Assembly: GCA_051294905.1 (NCBI GenBank)
Contig: CM119372.1
Span: 19,718,001 to 19,782,000 of the forward strand
DNA from: Botryllus schlosseri
Taxonomy: Eukaryota
Reading direction: 5' to 3'
DNA length: 64,000 nt
In this document: piece by piece, positions 39,201-50,894 of the stretch
How positions within the stretch are numbered: position 1 is the first letter of the stretch
How the letters are laid out: each line of letters starts with the position of its first letter
Notes under the pieces: model-generated
Told to the model about the DNA's origin: nothing
What the model saw: only the letters and a program-made list of their open reading frames with translations
Database searches by the model: none
Translations under genes and position numbers: made by a program

Positions 39201-42200
39201 TGGTTTTGGGGGTTTTGAAGAGCACTTATTCAGAATATGATATTCGTTTTTTCAATTTATCTCTTGTTTTGGAGATAACCCATTGGGAGGTTTTGACCAG
39301 AATCATCCATTTTCGCTGTAATGGCTAGATAGAAGATCGGCTCTGTCATACTATATAAAGTTTAGAAATTCAATCTATTTGTCATGTTTACACCCAGAAG
39401 ACTCTTTTAAATCAAAATACATAAATAAACTCCAGTAATGTATATAAGATTTACCAAGATCAGGGGTTGCCAACCGTTTTGCCATTCACGGCCGCATTTC
39501 GACTACTCACGTAGTCTGGCCGCATTCCAGGGCATCAGTGTTGGGATGACTCGAGTCATGACACTAATAATGTGATATTCGTAATCAGCAACCTCGAAAA
39601 CCCCAGAAACGGCTCTCAGATGTTCTGCCATTTTTTTAAAAAAATTTTGTTGACCAGTGTTATTAAGTATTATTATAAATAAATTCAATCTGACAGGACG
39701 GTAGCGGTTGATACGGTCAATTAAACTAAATTGGAAATTATTTATCATTATTATTAGGCAGTGTAGTAGGGGTGTCATGTCAAGGCAATTTTGCTTTATG
39801 TTGTTATATACGTATATAGGAAGGCAGTATCATAACAATATTGACTATCGACACTCGAAACTTGGTAGTTACGTAGGCCTGTCTCCAATTACCTGGACCA
39901 GGCGAACAATGATCATGATCACTAAGGCAAGATTTTGAAAGTTTTGCTACTTTTTTTTACACCTTCTTACAGCTTTCTATATACTCAGAATTTATGTACT
40001 ATGATGTTTCAAGCTGTTTGGAGGGATTTTATAGTGCAAATTTTCATGGCAAGTTTTACTTCAATTTTTATCAAATATTGCGTGAAAATGAAAGGGAAGG
40101 ATGTAAAAACATGCTCTAATCTATTTATAGTATGGTTCTATTATCTTTGATTTGCATAACAATGAGCTATATATGATGGGTTAGGTGCATCTGAATGTTA
40201 TCTATGACACAATGGCTTGCAAGCGAGAAGTTCAACCACCCCTGCCAAGCACGACCGTGCCAGTACAATATGTATATAGATCGCTATATTAATTCTGTCG
40301 TTTAAATTTGAGATAGTTTCCCATTTCACGTAGCCCAGGCGAGACCGTCGAAAATTACACTTTCACTGGGTCACCCTATTCAGGCTATTGATTTTGTTAA
40401 AGTCGCTAAGAGTGGGTTTTTCTGCAATGCTTTACGTCAACTTTGCAGACCTAGGGGGTGGGTGGGTTATTTTACTTGTTTTAGGGGGAGAGGGCTATCG
40501 CTATGCTGTTTGGCTTTTTTGGGGAAAATTATTCCCTCATCGCGTAATTTTCTTGCTGTGTACCGAAAAAAGGTGGATTTTGGCGGTTTCGCCCGTCGCC
40601 AGACCGCCAGTTGAATGCCAAAGTAACAAATCTGACAGCAAGGCACGAACTAGGTTATACAACGGAACCTTTTATTTCGAGTATTTCATGCCCTTATAAT
40701 TCAACAAAAATTATAAATGTAACTTTTTGCTGAAACTTTTGTTAAAATTAAGTGCAACATTCTCGCAATTTTAGTGCAACAAAAACTTGCCCCAATGATC
40801 GCTCGCAGTCGCTAATATATCAATGTTGCAACTTTTTAATGCTGTAAGCTTTCACATTTTATAGTGTATGACTGGTGACTGCATCATATGTGATGTGCCC
40901 ATAACAATGAACATGAATAATTGTAATTGTTCCAATTGCAAAGCTTCATGCTTCCTGTGTGGACTTGAATCGGGAGAAATATCGTAGTCTACGATGATGA
41001 CGATGTACTTTGATCAAGATATATGTTCATTGTTCAGTATTGAATATATCGCCCTATTCTCATTTTGGGGGAGCCCTCGGTGATGCCAATCGTACCCTGC
41101 ACCTTTACAGATCTGGCGACAAGTCTAGGGAGGGGTTCAAAAATTGGGATTTCATGACCACCCATCACTGGGGCGAGAGCCCACTAGGACTTTGGCGCTT
41201 GAAAATCGAAGATGACCCCTACCGACTGAAATATCGGCATCCGTAAGTGCACCTTCTTTTCACCCTACTCGCAATCGCAAAATCTCACTTCCCTTTGCAG
41301 TGGCCGGGATCTGTCCGCCAGTAATTTCCTTGTGAGTTGGCAGCTGATATTTTACGGTACGCTAGACCACCCGCAGCCCAACTTTTCGCTCGACGCTTGC
41401 GAAGGTGAGAGAAAAATTTTCATTTCGGTATTTACACGTTGCAGATTTTACTTTGCGTTCATATAGCTTACCCGCAAAATCAGTGTCATGCCGAGTGCGA
41501 CGGGTGCTGCGGTGCCACCGCTATGGAATGTAAATCCTGTAAACACGCCTCGACAGCATCGGGCGTGTGCATCGCATCGTGCCCGTCGGATTATTTTCTG
41601 AATGGGACAACAACGATATGTCAAGTAATAGATTGAAAGTGTATTGGGTTACAATGTTTTAGTAAATTGTTGCCTTTTTTGTCCCGATTCGTGTTAAGAC
41701 GCGCGAGTTCGCTGATATTATTGAAGGGCGATAACTAAGGCGAAACGCTGTGTAATCGCCACAATGTGAATTTAAATAAGTTGGAATGAAAAATTAATTT
41801 GTCGGGACGATTATGTTCTCTTTCTCATTTACGATACTTGCGAAACAGTACTATAGGATTTTGAAGTGAAATTTCGAATATTAATACGAATTCGAATTGG
41901 TGCCGGATTGTGCATTCTGATCCCTTCAGGATTGTGGTGCGAAACTGAAATCCGTAACAGTTACTGTACGTAATTTGAAAGTATCAAACATCCTTCGTTT
42001 TTTTGAAGTAACACATATGCTGAAGATATTTAAGCAAAAAGGTCTATAGTCTAGATCAGTGCTTTTCAACCTGTGTGACGGTTCGCACTGGTGCGAATGA
42101 AAAAAATGCAGTGCGAATGACGAGGGTGGTGCGAATGGTGCGAATGAAAAATCCGGATTATAGTGCGAATGAAAATCGTGAATAATTGTTAATTTTTCTG

Positions 42201-45200
42201 ACGTGGAATAATTCAAATACACGTAATAGGAAATTCAAGGGCAGTGTAACTGTTGTAGTTGAGACGTAATTGTAAAAACATGTTTAACTTGACGCACCAC
42301 TAATCGTAGCTCTCAGAAGCCGTAGTGAATTAATATTTTCGCACTATAATTATTACGTAATCAAAAGCCTGGTTTGGAAGCTGGTGTTGTAGCAGACATA
42401 CAGTATATCATCCCGTCTGAGCCTATGTCACAGGCTGTAAAAATGACGTCAAAATGACTTTCTGCTTTCTTTTGCTAAACAATCGTCATATTTTCGTAAT
42501 AACTGTTCGATTAGCGCGATGCACGAGGATAGTAGTAAATACCATCATTACAGACTCACATTTGCATGTTACTGTAACGCAAATTTTTACCCCTTCAGGG
42601 GTTATTAAAGTATGGACCACATGGGTATAATTTTGCGTCGACGCGGTGCGAGAGCTATCTGTTAATAGGTATGTAATATTTTTGCAAAAATCCGGCGATA
42701 TTTTTTACATATCCAAGGTCACTGTGTTGGCTACTGTAGTCAATAAACGAGACACGCTCAAAATATGGCTTGATCATGAGCATCAGCCGACGTTTGGTTT
42801 GAATTCATGATAAGATTTGTCCGAATGTTTTTTTCTGGAAAGCATGGATGAAGACTGTTGGGATGAACTATAGTGTAGAGGTGTGCAAGGAGAGAGTTCA
42901 GGCCTATGAGACTCATTCATTCCGAGGCCAACCCCTTCTGCGTCGGGGCACATGAAGACGTAAAGTTTTGGCTAACCGACCGCTGATAAAATGCGGTCCC
43001 TTCGCAAAAAAATGACCGTCACTGGATGGCCAAACCTTTCGATATAGATATATTCCGTTGTCGGCACGGAATAGTCCCGTTCTTGCAATCTAAGTAGACA
43101 GTAGTACGACTGTTACACGCAGAGGAATTTACTTCACCCTAATTTGAAATCACGAGCGTCAGACACATTTTATAGAGCTGTGTTGGGTAGAATTGTGGTG
43201 TGCGCGTTCTGTATGTCATACATGTCCGTAAAATCGTAGCACACTACTGTAATACTATAGAATGTAAACGTTTACATTCTATAGTAATACTAAAAATGAA
43301 TTCCTTTTCATGGGTGAGGCTCGGGTCGCGAGATGCCACAAACATTCAGATTTTGGTGGTAGTCTAAAAAGCTGCTTCAAGGTTAATACAACTGTCATGA
43401 ATTTTCAAGTTAGATTTAGCTAAATAGCCGAACAAACAGTATCGTGACTTTATTTGCTCTTCTCATATATTCGCGAGACAGAAATTGGGAAATCGAAAAA
43501 AAAAAACAGAACACAAGTTGGAGCAACGTATCGTAAGGTAGCGAGCTCTAATGTGCCTACTCTCCTTGATGTTACTGCACCTTACTTACCAATACATCAG
43601 GCATAAGCCTGAACACAAGCATGTCTATTTTCACCCTATCGACAAACTGGACCCTCCGGGACCTTTGTGTCATCTCCCCAAAACGATTTCTGCCAGCAAG
43701 CGTTTTTCACTCGCGGAAAATAGCTGTGTTTTGGATAGGAGTGCAGAACAGTTCTTAAGACCAGGCCATCCAAGCACCATGGTAGGGGTTATTGTACAAA
43801 AGCCAACAACTTGCCTGACCGACAAGCGTTTTAGTGAAATGGTTGAAATCAAAACGAGGGAAAAGAGTTGCCCTATTACTGAGACACTTAATGGCCTAAA
43901 AGCTATGCTAGCCAATTTGTTGCACATCTGAAGAGAATATTCTTACGTATCTTCATCTTCTTTTTGTATAACAATTTTCGGTTGGCTTGTGCGAAGGAAA
44001 TTTATTTTCCAAAAAAAGTGCGAATGAAGCTCAAAAGGGTCGAAAAGCACTGGTCTAGATAGCGTAACGGTTGGCTGAATTCGCATAATTTTACGGTAGG
44101 CCTAATCGTTCACAAAATTAAGAACTGTTGCCTCGTTATGGCACCACGTTTTTAGCTAACCATGATCATGTTCAATGTTCATACATGCGTCAAAGCTGGA
44201 TAGGCTAGATATACCGCGACTAACTCCGTAATTACTGTGTTGTGGGTATTAATCATACCCGCAATATCGTCAACTTCGTCTTCAGTACAGCACCGATGAG
44301 TAATTGCGCGGTTCAAAAAGCATGATCACTGTGCAATGTGCATGTGCAGTTCACAAAACTGGACTTATGTGAATATGGCTTATGTGAGCTGAACAATTTA
44401 ACTAATCAGGTACTGGACGAATATATAAGCGACAACAAAGCCTAAAAATGTCATCTTGCTGCACATGTCGATTTGGAGACGCGTACGGTGCAAAACACCG
44501 TCTCTTCCCTGAATTATAAGAGCTAAATTCTCGATTAAATCGTAAATTAAATCGTAGCGCGAAATTGGACAGTGTGTTATTGTTAGGGTTGTGATTAAAT
44601 CAAAAATCAATTTAAAACAAACATGTTCTATTCTTCTGACTGTCTTGCTAGCGCGCCTAGCATGGCTGTTTTTGACTCTGTCGATCAAGATGTTCTGCAG
44701 AGCTACCAGGAATGCCAACTGGTCAATACCATTTATTACACTCTGAAGAAAAACTACGCCAGCGAGCAAGGCGCTAGGATGGTCTGCATGGATGGCGCCA
44801 CAAAGAACGCTGGCGAAGTCATTGATAAAAAGACCCTGTTATTCAACCGATCGAGACAAGCTGTTATCACCACGGAGTTGATCGAAATTATATCGGGAAT
44901 GACAGCTCTTTAATATCGATATCTAAACTGTTGTCGACATGTTTCGGAGAAGGCCCTTTTGCTGTTTTTTCCAAGCCATGACGTCACGTATATTCAATTG
45001 TCACGTCATAATGGATCGATATTCACAATTAAAATATAGGGTAAATATAGCTCCTTTGACGAAATAGTCTTTCCACCCGGACCAAAAATATCTTTAACCA
45101 GGACTACATCGTCTTGTAGCATTTTTACGGTCGGCGTTCATCATCATCAGAACATTCGTTCCGTACCAATGATCTATATTAACGTACTGTAGCTATCAAA

Positions 45201-48200
45201 CCGACTATTTCGAGGGTCCCAACCATCCCATACCCTATATCTCGGCTATATCGGGTGGTAATCGTCGTCCGTATAGGCTCGCACAACATGTTTTTGGAAA
45301 GTATTTACACAAATATGGCATAATTATACAACTTGAAACGTACTACGTTTAAAAAAAAACATTGTTTAAAACACCGTGTGAAACATGTTTTAAACAAAGT
45401 CTTTTAAACAACCATTTGTTTTGAATGCAACCCTGGTTATTGTGTATGCCTACGAATTGTCGCGGTTCGAGCTAGTCAATGCGATGTTCGGACCCCCTGG
45501 TGTTGCATGAAAGAAGGCAATTAGTGATTGGATGATCGCTTTCCAGTTTGTAACTATCAGTTTTGTGTATTCATTCATGTGTGCTTGGTACACTCGTATT
45601 CCTGAATTGTCACACAATGTCAATTATGAGCGTGTAGTTTAACTTGTTACTGACACGGTGCATTGCGTACTTGTACAGTTCACGGCGTCGATTCGTTTGA
45701 AGAAATACCTTTATATTCCAGTATAGTCATGGCTGAAACAGCACTTCGTCAACCCCCACCCCAAAGCGTTGTTCTCGGGGCCCCCATAGGGTGATGAACC
45801 AAACTTCTGAGGGCATCGCCCCACATACACCCCATTGGGATCTACGTTATCACCACTATTTATGACCGAATTTTGTTATACTCAACAGTCAGCAGTCGAC
45901 GAATTTTTGTGGACGAATCGCCAAACGCGCGAAGTATTTGTCCTATGCGGTTCAGAAGGCCAGCACAGGAAGATTTGGCTCCAGCCATTTATGCGCCTTT
46001 AGAAATTTAGACATAGCCTATGCATATCTGTCAACATAAGAGTAGTTCTTTTCGGTCAAGGTTTTCTCGCTCCTGATGTTTTGGCACACTTCTCGGTGGT
46101 TCTATGCTGGCGTAAACTTCATATGTCATGATGCGTCGTGGCGTGATATTGGCCGACGCCGAAATGCCTATTTCTACAAACCATGCGTATTTTTTATTGG
46201 GGGAAGGGTACCCAACAAAGACATCAAGACACCAAAAAATGCTCTATAATTTATGTTCATTCACAAAATAATTTTGGTCCCACTTCGAACTTGCCTCCTC
46301 CCGAATTGGAGCGTTGGGGTACGGCAGTTACGGTTCTGCGTAAAATTGATCGGCACCGAACGGACTGATAACGAGGACACCAATATAGAATTTCAAACCG
46401 TTGGGTAGTTGGTGGAAATCGGATTTCTAATGATAAGGTCGCGACATGCGCTCATATGGCTCTTGGTGCTGTTACATTTGAATTATCGTACCAGATTGAA
46501 TTCAACTGTTTGGCTTGATATTACCGAGTGCAGTGCCGGTAGGCCTACCGCAATTTGTATACTACTGACTCACTAAAAAGCGTAATCGTATCTGACGGAC
46601 ATATATATATATACATATGTATAAACCAGCCCTGCTCAGAGACATGCAAGGAATGTTCGGGACCTTACGCACAGAACTGCACTGCTTGCAACATCGGTTT
46701 CTCACCCGTTGACGGGCGCTGCATCCAGCAATGCTCCAACGACTCGTTTCTGGACAACGGTGAAAGAACTGTGTTCTATCGAAGCCCCGAACCATCCATT
46801 GATATTGCGATTCTAATTCAGTGACACAAAGTTGCATGCCGTGCCACCAGAGCTGCAAGACGTGCTCGGGCAGTCGTGAAAGCTGCACATCATGCAAGGC
46901 CGGATTCCAGTGAGATTTGTCGCAGGTTTTTGGTGAGACTTGGCCACCGCAATATTCTTTTCTTCGCAGACAAGTGGGTAATGCGTGTCACGCGGCATGT
47001 CCGCAAGGGACATACATCGCGTCGTATCAAACTGGCTGCGCCTTTTGCCATGATCATTGCCTGGAATGCATAGGACCCCTCGAGGGGCAGTGTACGAGAT
47101 GTGAAAACGGGATGATCCTGCATACGATGCGATGTGTAAGAACTTGCCCAACTCGTTCCTATCACGATAGGGATCGACAAACATGTCGCAGGTGAGTTGC
47201 TAGTATTTGCAATTCCCCCGCTTTACCGGAAATTACGACGACGATATAATCTCCTCAACCGTATGCCTACGTTCTAATTTCCCGTACATGTACAGTACAC
47301 GTTTATAAAGCGATATGCAACACTGCGTCAGTGGTATCATCAGTGTTATACTGACGCCATAAAGCGAAAGCGCAGTGTTACCTAGTTTCTCGTGTTATGC
47401 TTTTTTGATGGTGAGTGGGAGTGGTTTAACTGTCGACTCTCTTGGCACTAGGTCTATAACGGGAGTGCAAAGTTTATTAAAATGTCTATTCTATAACAAA
47501 GAAAAGGAACTAGATCAGGGGTGTCAAACAGACGGCCCGCGGGTCGCATCCTGCTCACCATACGATTTCATCGGGCCCGCGAAGTAGATTGAGAAATGCT
47601 TGTATCAAATAGTCCCCCAAGACAGCAAATGTCGATTGTGTTCATAGGTCATATTATAGCCATTCGGCGGCAGCGTTCCGATTTCAATCATGTCACCAAT
47701 AGGGACTAGTCGATGACTTTGACACCAGATTCAAAGAACGCAAAAAAGTCAACACTAAGTTTTAAGGGTAATTGGACCTAAAAGTAGTTAGAGAAAACGT
47801 CAATGCGAAACCATTATATAAGCAGGTTACATGCATAATATAATAGTTACACAAAGAATACAATTCCAATAGGCCTATCAGTGGCCTCCAGTGAAATTCG
47901 AATTACATTTATCAATAATGAACAAAAATTTGCGTTTACAGTTAAATATTTTGTATTCCTCACAACTAGTGCTGGGCACAATGATTCGAGTACTCGAATC
48001 TGAATTGAGTATTAATTTTAATGATTCGAGTCGAGTAGTGAAAGACGATTTTTTCGAGTACTGACATTACATGCTCCTCGCCAATAAAAGGGAATTTATC
48101 GACGAGAATTATAGTTTTGATAGTATTTTCCAATGTGGAAGGCTTAGAACCCTGATTAGCCGCATCGAAGCATACGAAACACAGTACAAATGCTACCCAC

Positions 48201-49379
48201 GTTGCGGGAAATAACGCATTTCCGAAGTCATAATCATCCCATAACCTTGTCACGAAGTACAATGAAATCGGCGTGGTCGAAAAAATACTAAAGTCTCTTT
48301 AATTTGTTGGATACCAGGCATTATATTCTTTGTTGTGGCATAAAAGGTACATATTTGAACTTTGACATATTTCATTATGTCATGGCGTCATAATGAGTGA
48401 TACTCGAATACTCGACTCGACAGATTAATCTCAAGAATACCAAATCACACGTGTTATGATTTTACTTTTCCGTATGCATCAGTCGGAAAGTCGATTCCAC
48501 TCTTCTCCATCCACAGGTGTCACAGGACTTGCAAAACTTGCGATGGCCCGTCTGCAACCGACTGTCTGAGCTGTGACGGTAAGAGTAATTTTATTCCAAT
48601 CATCGAGCTTGTATCGACTAATATTATGAATACATCCACTAATAATACTTTGAGCGTGTCTGCGGCGCATATTTGGAGAAGTATCAACTAATGATAAAAT
48701 TCCAGACTAATATATGGACTATGTACGTTCAAAGCACGATGTTGCTATCCCTTTAACATGCATTTGTCTTCTTTCGTTTCCATGCTGCCTGCCCATTCGA
48801 TACTGCGCTGCTCGTCAACCTACTGGTACTGTCTCTTGCATCGGCATATTTCTTCTGGGCGTCGCAATGCGGAACTTGCTAACTTTGGTGCTTTTTCGGC
48901 GTACATTTGAATCTATCACTGCTCTGTCGTTCACACTCGGACACGACGTAGGGTACAAGGATCGTTTCGATAAAAATACGTGCTTGATATTTGTGGGACT
49001 TGACATGTGTCGCCACCAAGAGATCAGCATTCTGTGCTGTCAGACTTGTATGCTCTACGAGTCTGGAGAGTTGTACGTATCCGCGGGCCTACCTTCGTTG
49101 AGTGAATTGAATTCGACGAATGAATTGAATTCGACGAGTATCTTGGACGACGACTACCCTGACGACTATTACGAGCATGCCTACGCGGACGCAGATAGTA
49201 AATACGGCGACGCTACAGAAGGCAACGTCGACAACGAACTTCAGCTCCCAGAAAGAACCGGCGGTTCCGATCCGCAAACGCCTATGATTGTCGACAGTGG
49301 TATTGGTGTCGAACAAAGTCAAGGTTCAGCAGCGATAACAGGTAGGGATGCGGAGCAAGCGGCTGACGGCGATGCGTGA
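27274..49379 (+). CDS. PCSK5: Proprotein convertase PC5/PACE4-like, copy 2; first coding exon split by a transposon. Exons 27274-27365 [TE 27366-28538] 28536/28539-28832, 29070-29180, 29241-29369, 31188-31334, 31403-31568, 31639-31764, 31824-31986, 33867-33963, 34168-34490, 34563-34742, 41111-41242, 41301-41404, 41467-41624, 46630-46759, 46822-46909, 46970-47191, 48517-48578, 48952-49379
   Basis: Hydrophobic signal-like segment ([16 protein letters not shown]) and prodomain (YLNQIAV...[25 protein letters not shown]). Primary cleavage site KRVRR followed by [11 protein letters not shown]. Same catalytic, P, Cys-rich and PLAC exons as copy 1, with no stop or frameshift from 28536 onward. Confidence 0.88.
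27366..28538. mobile_element. Non-autonomous DNA transposon (hAT-like) inserted in coding exon 1 of convertase copy 2
   Basis: 14-bp TIR CATAGGCGCCGAAC / GTTCGGCGCCTATG, perfect 8-bp TSD CCTTCTAC (27358-27365, 28539-28546), and subterminal GGCATGC repeats. Confidence 0.93.
29536..30561 (+). mobile_element. Internally deleted hAT element
   Basis: TIR TAGGGCCATTT / AAATGGCCCTA; perfect TSD ATCATTAC; hATC remnant [15 protein letters not shown] (ORF 30143-30391). Confidence 0.9.
35975..37608. mobile_element. Buster-type non-autonomous element with nested MITE (36263-36560) and SINE
   Basis: Termini CAGGGGTGGACAA / TTGCCCATGTCTG; perfect TSD TTCTAAAG; GCGGGCCGC subterminal motifs. Confidence 0.85.
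36596..36865 (+). mobile_element. tRNA-derived SINE, family 2
   Basis: A box TAGCGCAGTGG and B box GGTTCGAGTCC followed by a non-tRNA body. An inverted copy is at 57545-57802. Confidence 0.75.
37755..38605 (+). mobile_element. tRNA-derived SINE family 1, interrupted by a MITE
   Basis: Close similarity to 26757-27067; the head GACAAGATAGCGTAATG is locally duplicated. Confidence 0.8.
38026..38541. mobile_element. hAT-like MITE with ACTCG-rich ends
   Basis: TIR TAGGGCTGGGCA / TGCCCAGCACTA; TSD ATCGTGAG/ATCATGAG. A truncated sibling is at 47967-48420. Confidence 0.85.
39158..39660. mobile_element. Tc1/mariner-like MITE
   Basis: TIR ACACTGGTCAACA / TGTTGACCAGTGT in an AT-rich site that is empty in copy 1 (~6620). 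Confidence 0.7.
39923..40794. mobile_element. hAT-like MITE, family A
   Basis: Similar to 562-1412; TSD ATGATCAC/ATGATCGC; empty site ATGATCGC in copy 1 (~6874). Confidence 0.85.
42057..44052 (+). mobile_element. Internally deleted Buster-type hAT element
   Basis: TIR CAGTGCTTTTC / GAAAAGCACTG; perfect TSD GTCTAGAT; GTGCGAATG subterminal repeats; hATC-like remnant [18 protein letters not shown]. Confidence 0.88.
44584..45435. mobile_element. hAT-like MITE carrying a captured host gene fragment (Pack-type)
   Basis: Termini TAGGGTTG / CAACCCTG with perfect 8-bp TSD GTTATTGT (44576-44583, 45436-45443). A related sequence without the cargo lies at ~53511-53670. Confidence 0.85.
44652..44913 (+). 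pseudogene. ATP5F1C: Fragment of mitochondrial F1 ATP synthase gamma subunit (C-terminal ~86 codons plus stop)
   Basis: [20 protein letters not shown]...[46 protein letters not shown] matches the conserved gamma-subunit C-terminus. It is preceded by an acceptor-like TTCTTCTGACTGTCTTGCTAG. Confidence 0.92.
47967..48420. mobile_element. Truncated MITE (family of 38026-38541)
   Basis: The left TIR TAGTGCTGGGCACAATG is present and the right TIR is missing. Confidence 0.75.
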
Positions 49380-50269
49380 CATTTCAGCACAATTCGATTC
49401 GAAACTCCAGGGCAGATGGTAGCTTCCCAAGTGAATAGCGGCTCATCCCACACCAATAAAAATGAACAGCACCAACAATCCGTTCGATCTCACACAACTA
49501 AATACCTCCGTACCCTGCATTACGTCTGTAACCTCGAGCATTGCTTTGTATATTAACTGTTAATGGATGCATGTGCTTGATACGAATCTTAATCTTCGGG
49601 GATATGACCGCATAAAACATTTCGAATTTCTTACAGCGGCCAAACATTGTGACCACGTGTTGAAAAGAGGCTATTGTAATAGGAGGATATGGTCTTGACA
49701 GTGTTGTGGTACATGTTCTGGTGTTTATCGCTGATCGTCAGCACAGATCGTGCAAAGATGTTTCTCAATTGTATGCTGTGCAAACGATGATACATCGCAT
49801 TTTTGTCCGTTGCTAATTTTCTGACTACTGCGCAAAGCGTGTGATACAGTCGATACTCGTTGCCGTGGCAATGGCAGTGCCAATATTTTGTACTAATAAA
49901 GAAACCAATATTATCTTTGTTATATTGCGCCCGCAACGAATTGGGTGACTTCGGGAATTTTCAACGTTTCGATGAAGGCAGTCTGAATTCAACTGATGGG
50001 CGCACAATACACATGAATAGGCAAATAGGCAGAATATGTATAAAAGGATGATTTAAGAGTATATGAGCAAGGCCGCATTGAAGGATAAGAAGGACCTCTC
50101 GTCTGCAAAAAATTAATTCAGGATGATCGAAATAATGCAATTCAATGCCGTAATTGTTCAAATATTCCTCTGCGTACTCGGCGTATAACTTAATGCTATC
50201 TGCCAATCTCGAGGTAGTATAGTCTGCTACTAACCGTGCGATACGGCTGATCTCTTCTGTACCTTTACG

Positions 50270-50894
50270 TACCAAACTATCGCCTTACTACCGTAAGCAC
50301 CGAATTTTGCAAGTTGACAAACTATACCGCTTCGAAGTATCAAAAGTCATTCACAAATATTTTTCCAATAGTTTGCCTCCTGTGTTTGATGACTTTTTCA
50401 TACCTGCCAAAAATGTCCACTCCCACTACACGAGATCCTCGTCTAAAGGAAACATCTACTTACCCCCACCCAATAGCAACCTAACTAAGAGATCTATCGA
50501 CTACTCGGGACCTATCATCTGGAATGCATTACCACCACACATCCGTGAATTGCCTTATAATAGATTCAAAAAAGCCCTACTTGATCACCTCTTGTCGTTA
50601 CACTAACACTGTTGCCCTACCTCGCCCAGACATTGCTTCATTGATCATTTGCTACCATCGTTTAATTTGTCTTCTATTTTATTTTTTTAACTACTGTAAC
50701 CTTTTTTACAGCCAGACTGCTTAGAGTCAAGTGTACCTGTTTGATGCTGGTGTGATCAGACTAGATGACCTTCACGGTCTTATCGATCATTCCTATCTAA
50801 TACCGAATACTGTGCAAGCATATTTTCTGTACCACCATCACTGCCGTGTGTTATGTATTTTGGTTGGATGAAAATAAAGACTCTCTCTCTCTCT
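50270..50894 (+). mobile_element. 3' end of CR1/L2-type LINE with (CT)n tail
   Basis: ORF 50307-50606 reads HSHYTRSS...TKRSIDYSGPIIWNALP..IR...FKK, then 3' UTR, AATAAA and a (CT)n tail. A short inverted tail copy is at ~51304-51390. Confidence 0.8.

Noticed and set aside
44623..44913. Functional nested ATP synthase gamma gene or processed pseudogene
   Set aside because: Only the C-terminal third is present, no upstream exons were seen, there is no poly(A), and it is bounded by MITE sequence.
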